From Pedosphaera sp. (GTDB lineage Bacteria; Verrucomicrobiota; Verrucomicrobiia; Limisphaerales; SIBH01), in the NCBI GenBank assembly GCA_009695285.1, contig SIBH01000001.1, positions 10,296-74,295 of the forward strand: a DNA stretch of 64,000 bases. The letters run 5' to 3'. This document shows positions 43,896 to 50,631 of the stretch, one piece after another (position 1 is the first letter of the stretch; each line of letters starts with the position of its first letter). Below the pieces are notes generated by a model that was not told the origin of the DNA, did no database searches, and saw only the letters and a list, made by a program, of their open reading frames with translations. The translations under genes were made by a program, and so were the position numbers.

Positions 43896-46792
43896 GGCTC
43901 CTCCTGGAAGTGGCGCAGGGTGCCGCATTGCGGCGGCTGCGCGGTGGGGGTGAAGTAGCAAAGGGATGAGTGGCGCCGGTCCGCCGGCAGTTGCTCCGGC
44001 ATCGGATAACGCTGGATGGCGTCGAGGGCCGTCTCCGGCAGCGGCAGATCGCGGGCGATGTCGGCCAGGTCTCCCCGGTCGCTCTGACGCATGAGGAAAA
44101 ACTGTTTTGCGTTGCCGATGACAGCCGACCGGACGCGCGAAGCCTTGAACCGCGCGTATTGCTGGATGACGGACACGGCCCAGCAGTTGTGCTTGCGGAG
44201 CTGGGCGTAGCTTTCGGCGACGATTTGCTCGCCGCCTGGGGTGTCGAGGAACCGGGCGAGCTCCTCGAACAGGATCCGTTTCCGCTGCTTACGCGGGAGG
44301 GCCAGGATATGTTGGCGACCGAGCCCGCTGATGAGCAACCCCGCCGCCGTTTTCAGTTCCACGGCCTGCTCGGGGATGAGGCCAAGCTCGAAATGCGCGA
44401 TCTTCCGCTGGAGCGACACGTTGGTGACGCCGTCGAAGAGCCGGCCGTATTGCCCCTCGGCAGTCCATGCCCGGAGGAGGGTCGCCAGCCGGTCAATCTC
44501 CTCCTTGCCGTGCTCCGGCAGCCGCGCGTAGGCGAGCAATTCCACGAGCGCGCTGTGTGTCGGGAAATCTTCCGGTGCATAAAAGGCGCACGCGGTCTGC
44601 GCCACGAGCCGTTCGGTGGTCGGGTCCTGCGCGAAGCGCGTGATTGCCTCCTCGGTCAGGCCCGCCACGAGTGCAAGGGCTTCGTCCTGCTTTGCGGCCC
44701 GGCGGTCCCGCAGATCGACGAACGCCTCCAGGGGCGTTGCGCCGCTCGGCATCTTGGCCCGCCAGCCGTGGACGGCGCAGGCCAGCCGGCGCATTTCGTC
44801 GGCCTGAACCGGATTGCGGCGCGCCCAATCGGTGAAGGTGTCCCGGTAGAGCTGGTGGAGGTATTGGGTGAGCTGGGCCTGCCGCAACGCCAGTTGCTCG
44901 GGATTATCAGGGACGCCGATCATCCGCGCCAACAGGGCGACGGCGGTGGCGAGGTGGAGTTGGGTCAGCGGCAGCCGCTGGGTGTCGAGGTAGTTGAGCG
45001 TGAGCGCCGCATCCGGGTGGATCACGATGGGGGTCTCGCCCTGCGACTCGGTGAAACGCTTGTAGGAAAAACCCTCCTCGATGAGCAGGGTGTGGGCGAA
45101 ATGATCCGCCGTCTGATAGAGCAGGTCCTCGATGAACGCCGACTTGCCGGCCCCGGTCATGCCGAGGAGCACGGTATGCTGGGGCGAACCGCCGACCTCT
45201 GTGCTAACCCCGACCAGGTTGCCGTGGCTGCCGTCATAGAGTGCTTCGGCATTGGCCAAGGCCCCGGTAAAGGTCGCCGAAAAGGGGAGGACATCCGCCA
45301 GGTAGGTGTCCTCGGCATACAGTTCCCGGTGATGATAGGACGAATGCATCCAGCCGGGCCACGAGGCGAAGAAGAGCTTCTTGGCGGTGGTGGGCAGCGC
45401 GCACTCGAAATACTGCGCGCCGTCCATCGCGTTGACCGCCGCCTGCACCGCGGCGACCTTTTCGCGCAGCGCCTCCGGTGTCGGCGCCCACACCCGCACG
45501 AGGTAGGTCACATGGAACGGCCGGGCGAACCCGCCGGAGAGCGCCTCCACCTTGCGCTCCTTTTTCCTCAACGCGACCAAGAGCGAGGCGCGCGGTTTTT
45601 CGGCGTATTCGCCGCGGAGTCGCTCGGCCGCCTGCTCCTCCCGGTTAATCTCCTGCCGGCCGGCGATGGGCGTGACATTGACGGTGAGGCAGTAGTCGAG
45701 GAACGGCAGCCCGGTCAGATGGGTGACGATTCCGGGTCTGGTGCGTTGGGGCCAACGGCTGAGTGCCAGCACGGCATGGTAGTGTCCGTCGAGCACGAAG
45801 CCGCCGCCGGGCTGGCCGACGCCTTCGCTGTGCCAGCAGTTCTCCTGGATCGTCAGCGCCGGGTCGAACAGGTCGGCGGGGTCGGCGGCCGTCCGGCGGG
45901 CGAGGCTCGGGTTGAGAAAGCGGCGCAAGCAGGCGCGGTGTTCGAGGTCATCCATCGGATGCACCGGCGTCTCCGGTCCGAAGGCGGTGCGCAGCGTGCC
46001 CGCGAATTCCTCGAACTGCCCCGCCAGTTCCTGCAGCACGGCACCGTAGTGGTCGCCGAGGCTGTCCGTGGTGCGGAAGTTGCCGGCGTAGGCGTCGACC
46101 TCGATGGAGAGAAACACGGCCAGATGCTCGCGGCGGAGGCCGCCGTTCAGGACCCGCGGCCAATAGCGGGTGAAACGCCCGTTGCGCACCGCGCGGACGA
46201 CCGGGTCGGTCACTTCCTGGGTTCGCGCGTGGTAGTCGAGCAGCGCCTGCCGGTAGTCTGAATCCGGCCACCACTGGACCTGCAGCCGCCGGCCGGGAGA
46301 CACCAAGGCGAGCAGCGCTCGCACTTGGTCCTGGAAGACGTTCAGGCGCTCGAAGCTGGCCCCCCGGAGATCGGGCGGTTCCAGGCGGAAGCCTTTCGCG
46401 ACCGCACCGCCGCGTTCGGGCGACCCGAAGACCAGCATTCCCTCGACGAAACGCCCGTCGGGGGCCGTGGCGTGCGTTTTCGTATGGGTGATAGAAGAGG
46501 CTTCTTTCGAGAAGTCGGCCCCGCCAAGAAGTTGGTCCAGCTTGTCCCGGTCATAGCCCGCCGGCTTGCCTTGGCGCAGTCCTAAAACCCATACTAATGA
46601 TCCGCCCGCCGGGATTGCGGCCACCGCCCCGGCCAGCGGGTAACCGGCTCCGGCAAACCCGAGGCCGGCAAACATCAGGACGCCCGCCACCAGCCCGAAG
46701 ACCACGGGCAGATAGAGGTTTCCGTCCAGTCCGAAGACTCGTCCGGCGGAGTCGTCCGCCGCATTGGTGTCGGTGAAACGCAGGTCGCTCAT
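43877..46792 (-). CDS. virB4: VirB3-VirB4 fusion: T4SS ATPase with an N-terminal VirB3-like membrane domain
   Basis: 971 aa. The N-terminal ~90 aa carry two TM helices (LPVVFGLVAGVLMFAGLGF.., AVAAIPAGGSLVWVLGL). Walker A is LLGMTGAGKSAF. Later motifs are typical of VirB4/TrbE. Confidence 0.9.
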   Translation of the reverse strand: MSDLRFTDTNAADDSAGRVFGLDGNLYLPVVFGLVAGVLMFAGLGFAGAGYPLAGAVAAIPAGGSLVWVLGLRQGKPAGYDRDKLDQLLGGADFSKEASSITHTKTHATAPDGRFVEGMLVFGSPERGGAVAKGFRLEPPDLRGASFERLNVFQDQVRALLALVSPGRRLQVQWWPDSDYRQALLDYHARTQEVTDPVVRAVRNGRFTRYWPRVLNGGLRREHLAVFLSIEVDAYAGNFRTTDSLGDHYGAVLQELAGQFEEFAGTLRTAFGPETPVHPMDDLEHRACLRRFLNPSLARRTAADPADLFDPALTIQENCWHSEGVGQPGGGFVLDGHYHAVLALSRWPQRTRPGIVTHLTGLPFLDYCLTVNVTPIAGRQEINREEQAAERLRGEYAEKPRASLLVALRKKERKVEALSGGFARPFHVTYLVRVWAPTPEALREKVAAVQAAVNAMDGAQYFECALPTTAKKLFFASWPGWMHSSYHHRELYAEDTYLADVLPFSATFTGALANAEALYDGSHGNLVGVSTEVGGSPQHTVLLGMTGAGKSAFIEDLLYQTADHFAHTLLIEEGFSYKRFTESQGETPIVIHPDAALTLNYLDTQRLPLTQLHLATAVALLARMIGVPDNPEQLALRQAQLTQYLHQLYRDTFTDWARRNPVQADEMRRLACAVHGWRAKMPSGATPLEAFVDLRDRRAAKQDEALALVAGLTEEAITRFAQDPTTERLVAQTACAFYAPEDFPTHSALVELLAYARLPEHGKEEIDRLATLLRAWTAEGQYGRLFDGVTNVSLQRKIAHFELGLIPEQAVELKTAAGLLISGLGRQHILALPRKQRKRILFEELARFLDTPGGEQIVAESYAQLRKHNCWAVSVIQQYARFKASRVRSAVIGNAKQFFLMRQSDRGDLADIARDLPLPETALDAIQRYPMPEQLPADRRHSSLCYFTPTAQPPQCGTLRHFQEEPCAPAA

Positions 46793-46794
46793 GG

Positions 46795-47094
46795 CTAGAA
46801 TCGGGGGGTGATCACCGCATCCTGCATCCCGAAGATGGTAAACAGGGCGCCCATGATAGCTGCGGCCGCCGCGATAATGATCCCCGCCAGGATGCCGGCC
46901 TTGCCCTCGCTATCCCCCTTGGAGATCGCGTTCGCTCCGGACCAGATTTTCATGACACCCCAGAAAAATCCGATCATGAAAATCAGCACCAGGGCGGTGC
47001 CAAAACCCTCCTTGAGTTGCTGGAGTTGGGCGATGACCGGCCGGCCCTGCGAGAGCGCGGTGAGGGCGGAAAGGCGAAAGAGGAGAGGAGTCAT
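46795..47094 (-). CDS. virB2: VirB2/TrbC-like T4SS pilin
   Basis: 99 aa with a signal-like N-terminus and two hydrophobic helices separated by a short charged loop (..SKGDSEGK..). It is the first gene of the T4SS operon. Confidence 0.6.
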   Translation of the reverse strand: MTPLLFRLSALTALSQGRPVIAQLQQLKEGFGTALVLIFMIGFFWGVMKIWSGANAISKGDSEGKAGILAGIIIAAAAAIMGALFTIFGMQDAVITPRF

Positions 47095-47097
47095 TTT

Positions 47098-47150
47098 CTA
47101 AAACCCATACGAATATTGGCGCTTGTCAAAACAAAACGTATGGGATTTAG
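47098..47150. promoter_or_regulatory. 14-bp inverted repeat (CTAAAACCCATACG ... CGTATGGGATTTAG, 25-bp spacer) in the 62-bp divergent intergenic region
   Basis: Read directly: arms at 47098-47111 and 47137-47150, 13/14 complementary. The repeat fills the space between the virB2 start (47094) and the RHH gene start (47157). Confidence 0.6.
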
Positions 47151-47156
47151 AAAAGC

Positions 47157-47627
47157 ATGGACGAAACGAAGCCGATCAAGGTGAGCTTTTCCTTTTATGC
47201 CGCGGACATGACCACGCTCGCCGACCGCGTGTCGGCACTGAAGAAGGCCGGCGTCAAAGTGCGCAGCGCCACGGTGCTCCGCGCGCTGATCCACCTCACC
47301 CCGCCCGGCGAAATGATTGCCCGCGCCGTGGGCCTCGCCGGCGAATACGCGCTGGGGCACGCCGCGCCCGAGAAGGAATCAATCTGCGACCACCCGACGG
47401 TTGATTTGCCCAGGGATGATGTGCGGAAACTCGATGGGGTGGTGGCCCATCTCGCCAAGGCCAGGATCATCGCCACCCGCGCCTTCGTGGTTCGGGCCAT
47501 TCTCCGGGCCGCACCCGCCGGGAAGGCGCTGGAACCGGCCGTTAGGAAATTCCTTGCGGACTTCCCCAACAAGCCCCGTGGCCTGTCCAAAATCCGGCTG
47601 GCCCGAAAGGCCGGAGCCCATGGCTGA
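47157..47627 (+). CDS. Tandem ribbon-helix-helix (TraY-like) DNA-binding protein (tentative)
   Basis: 156 aa with two similar beta-strand + helix-helix units: IKVSFSFYAADMTTLADRVSALKKAGVKVRSATVLRALIHL and PTVDLPRDDVRKLDGVVAHLAKARIIATRAFVVRAILRAA. Confidence 0.5.
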   Translation: MDETKPIKVSFSFYAADMTTLADRVSALKKAGVKVRSATVLRALIHLTPPGEMIARAVGLAGEYALGHAAPEKESICDHPTVDLPRDDVRKLDGVVAHLAKARIIATRAFVVRAILRAAPAGKALEPAVRKFLADFPNKPRGLSKIRLARKAGAHG

Positions 47628-48525
47628 CCCGGCCCGCATCGCCCACCTGCGCGGCCTCGAAGCGCACCTGCGCCATCACATCATCGCGCAGGATCATGTT
47701 CTGCCCCGGGTCGCCGCCGCGTTTGCCCGCGGCGAACTCGGGGTCACCGACCCCACCCGTCCGCGGGGCTCGTTTCTGCTGGTCGGCCCGACCGGGTCCG
47801 GCAAGACCGAGACTTTCACCTGCGCAATCGATCACACCTTCGGTCCCGGTCATCTCACCGTCTTCGACATGTCGGAGTATCAGGACAAGTCTGCCGTCAC
47901 CAAGCTGATTGGCGCTGATCGGGATGATGCGGGACTGCTGGGCCGGGCGCTCCGGACCCGTCCACGCGGCGGACTTCTGTTCGATGAACTGGAGAAAGCC
48001 TATCCGCTCGTGATGGATCTGTTCCTGCAGATCCTCTGGAACGGTCGGGTCACTCTGGCCACCGGGGAGACGGTCTCTTTCCACGATCACTATGTCGGTT
48101 TCGCCTCCAACATCGGCGGCGCGGAGGCGATGCGAATGGGGCGGTCCAAGTTTGCGAGTGTCGAGCAGGCCGTGTTGCGCCGGGTGGTGCAAAACCTCCG
48201 GCCGGAATTTGTCGCCCGCATTGACGAGACACTCGTCTTCGCTTTGCTTTCGCCCGACGCGCAGCGGGAGATTTGCGGCTTGGTCGTGCGGAATGAGACG
48301 GACCGCCTGCGCGGGCTGGGCTATGACCTCCAGGTTTCCCGTGAGGCTTTGGAGTTTCTGGTGCGGGAGGGATTCCACCCGCAGCTTGGCGCGCGTCCCC
48401 TGCGCAAGACGGTCGAGCGTCAGCTGCAGGACGCCGTGGTGCGCGAACTGTTCCGCTGCGGAGGCGCGGGCGGCGAAGTGGTCATGGACCTGGGCGCGCG
48501 TCGCCTTGTGATCGAGCGAAAATGA
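47620..48525 (+). CDS. Stand-alone ClpA/ClpB D2-type AAA+ ATPase module
   Basis: Start ATG 47620 (8-nt overlap with the upstream ORF). Walker A is LLVGPTGSGKTE and Walker B is LLFDELEKAYPLVMDLFLQIL. The arginine-finger region is RPEFVARIDETLVF and sensor-2 is GARPLRKTVERQLQD. There is no N-domain, D1 or middle domain. Confidence 0.8.
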   Translation: MADPARIAHLRGLEAHLRHHIIAQDHVLPRVAAAFARGELGVTDPTRPRGSFLLVGPTGSGKTETFTCAIDHTFGPGHLTVFDMSEYQDKSAVTKLIGADRDDAGLLGRALRTRPRGGLLFDELEKAYPLVMDLFLQILWNGRVTLATGETVSFHDHYVGFASNIGGAEAMRMGRSKFASVEQAVLRRVVQNLRPEFVARIDETLVFALLSPDAQREICGLVVRNETDRLRGLGYDLQVSREALEFLVREGFHPQLGARPLRKTVERQLQDAVVRELFRCGGAGGEVVMDLGARRLVIERK

Positions 48526-49051
48526 ACCCACGCGCCAAGCATAGCGGGGCGCGGGCCAGGAGACCAACAGCGCGGCTTGTTTTGGAAAATCGTCACTGGG
48601 CAGCTTCTCGGTTATCGAACCTTCACTGATCGAAGAAGTTTTCGCCTACGCCCGCTGAGCACCCCAATGCCTTGCCCGTTCTGTTGGAGCGGTTGCAGGG
48701 CCTTCCAGACGTTCAGAAAATCGAATTGGCCGAGAGTCTGTGATTGCCTGCACTGCGAAACGCCTGCCGGACCAGACGTTGTTCACTGACTGACACCATG
48801 CTGCAAACCACGAGCCATGTTTGCCGGTCGAACCATCGCCGCCCTTCCATCGCAGGGTGCGGCTGTCGGCTAGGCGCTTCTTCAGAAAACCTGACCACCC
48901 GACTGGGCGTTTCGCTCCGCCCGGCGGGACCGGTCATTTTCAAAACGTCTCCAGCCGATTTTTTAACGGTCGCAGCCGATACAGGCGACGGTTCCGTTCG
49001 GTATTGTATCTAAAATGCCCGCGCTGGGCCGCGCTGGCATTTGCAAACCGA

Positions 49052-49957
49052 ATGACCGACGCTCCTACCCACTGGTGCGCGAATCAACCCGCGCCCACTC
49101 CCCTCATTTTGCCTCCGGCCGCCAACGGGTATCGCCGCAGCCTGTTCCCCGGACGCGGCGTCAGCGTCTACTACGACCGCCACCCGCCCAACGAATGGGG
49201 CGAGCACACGCACGAACAGACGCAGGTTTCTGGTATCCTGGAGGCGGTGGAGTGCCTGATCAAATGGCAGACACCGGACGGGTTGTGGCACAACCTGCCG
49301 ATGAAGGGTCCGGCGGTCTGGGTCATCCCGGCACTGATGCCTCATTCCCTAAGCTATCCCGCAGAGGCGGACATGGTGACGCTCTTCATGGAACAGGCTT
49401 TCGTCCTTGAAACCCTTGGGCGGGACGTCACCGAGTTTGCCCCGATGCCCCTAGAGCAGCTGGCGAGCCGGGATACCGTGATCGGACAGTTGACGAAAAC
49501 CTTCCGGCGGCTGTGCCGCGGGAAGCAGAAGGCCAACGCGCTCTACGTCGAGTCCATCGGCACGGTGCTGGGGACCCACATCCTGCAGGTGATGTTCGGT
49601 GGCGGAGCGTCCGGCAACAAACGCGGCGGTTTGCCGGACGATGCCCAGCTCCGGGTGATGCGCTACATCGAGGAGCACCTAGCGAACCTGCTCGACCTGG
49701 TCACGCTGGGCCGGGTCGCCGGATTCACCGCCTGCCATTTCGGGCGGCTGTTCAAGAAAAGCCTGGGCCGGACCCCCCACGACTATGTGATGCGCCGTCG
49801 GGTGGCGAAGGCCGAGGAGCTGCTGGAGACCACGGACCGGAAGCAAGTGGAAATAGCCGAGTTGTGCGGATTTTCCGACGACACCCACATGGCGCGGAGG
49901 TTACGCCGGCTGCTGGGGTGTTCGCCCAGCGAGGTCAGGTCGCAGCGCCGAAAGTGA
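49052..49957 (+). CDS. AraC-family transcriptional regulator (cupin-like N-domain)
   Basis: Start ATG 49052. The C-terminal double HTH is ..LVTLGRVAGFTACHFGRLFKKSLGRTPHDYVMRRRV..IAELCGFSDDTHMARRLRRLLGCSPSEVR. Confidence 0.85.
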   Translation: MTDAPTHWCANQPAPTPLILPPAANGYRRSLFPGRGVSVYYDRHPPNEWGEHTHEQTQVSGILEAVECLIKWQTPDGLWHNLPMKGPAVWVIPALMPHSLSYPAEADMVTLFMEQAFVLETLGRDVTEFAPMPLEQLASRDTVIGQLTKTFRRLCRGKQKANALYVESIGTVLGTHILQVMFGGGASGNKRGGLPDDAQLRVMRYIEEHLANLLDLVTLGRVAGFTACHFGRLFKKSLGRTPHDYVMRRRVAKAEELLETTDRKQVEIAELCGFSDDTHMARRLRRLLGCSPSEVRSQRRK

Positions 49958-50499
49958 ATCTGGCCGGATTTTTCGCGGTTCCGTCCGATACAGGCAAAAC
50001 GCCATCGAGTAGGCTTGGCTGTTCCTGCCAAAACCTCCGCGCCACCTCCGACGCGGCCCCGAAACCCCACCCCATGATACCCCATGCACCCCCTCCCCTG
50101 TCACATTCAACTGACCTTGCCCCTGCCGAGGGCCGATTACCGTGTCTTTGTTACTGCTGTCCGCCTGCTGCGGCGGGTCATGGGCCGTAAGGCGCCCGAC
50201 GCGCTGGCCCTGATCCAATCCAATCTGCGGGACCGCGACGCCACGGGTCTCGCCGACGACTACCTCGATTCCATCCGCTGGCCCTGCTCCGCCGGTCGCG
50301 TCGTCTCGCTCCGTCGTGCGCGCAGGTCCGTCCGCATCACCGCCGCGGCGCCGGTCCCCAAGAAAACGCCGTGCCTGTTCGTCGGCCGCAACCGGCCGCC
50401 CGCCGACCCGAGCCGCAACTAGGTGGGCAGAAGAATTCGCGCTGCGGTGTGTGGTGTGCCCAGGCGTGGAGGTCAACCCGTTGGGTCACCTGCCCGGGT

Positions 50500-50612
50500 T
50501 CTCGATTCCCGACCGCCCATCTTCTTGGAAAGAATCTTCGCCTCTTTTCGTCCGCCGCCCGGAAACGGACCTGCATCCGCAAGTTCGCTCTGAACACGCC
50601 GGACTTCGGCAA
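50500..50612 (-). pseudogene. Remnant of a second T4CP gene (3' fragment)
   Basis: The minus strand reads GVFRANLRMQVRFRAADEK.., parallel to DVFMANLRTQIHFRAADEKGAKILSEKIGGRE of the intact T4CP. The DNA is alignable to 52545-52650 at roughly three-quarters identity by eye, with indels. Weaker similarity may continue to about 50370. Confidence 0.65.
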
Positions 50613-50631
50613 GCGCCCAGACGAAAATCAT

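Noticed and set aside
43970-46261. 763-aa plus-strand ORF opposite virB4. Similar long antisense ORFs are 59553-61673 (-), 31156-33216 (+), 21225-22841 (-), 11618-13054 (+), 19402-20748 (-), 55657-56583 (-), 57220-58077 (-), 52756-53793 (+), 50755-51828 (+), 33645-34514 (+) and 23965-25011 (-).
   Set aside because: Each is the mirror of a strongly supported gene with clear catalytic motifs. Their translations are Arg/Gly/Ala/Pro/His-rich low-complexity strings without any recognisable motif. This is the usual stop-codon-poor antisense artefact of high-G+C DNA.
48526-49051. Small ORFs (48577-48789, 48713-48943, 48744-49013) in the 525-bp region upstream of the AraC gene.
   Set aside because: They are short, mutually overlapping and of odd composition (Cys/Arg/Trp-rich), with no start context. 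Apart from the repeat reported separately, the region is better regarded as regulatory or relic sequence.
50084-50422. 112-aa plus-strand ORF between the AraC gene and hipA.
   Set aside because: G+C-rich third positions make it look coding, but it has no motif. It also overlaps the zone where weak similarity to the T4CP C-terminus continues on the opposite strand. It is treated as probable non-coding relic DNA.
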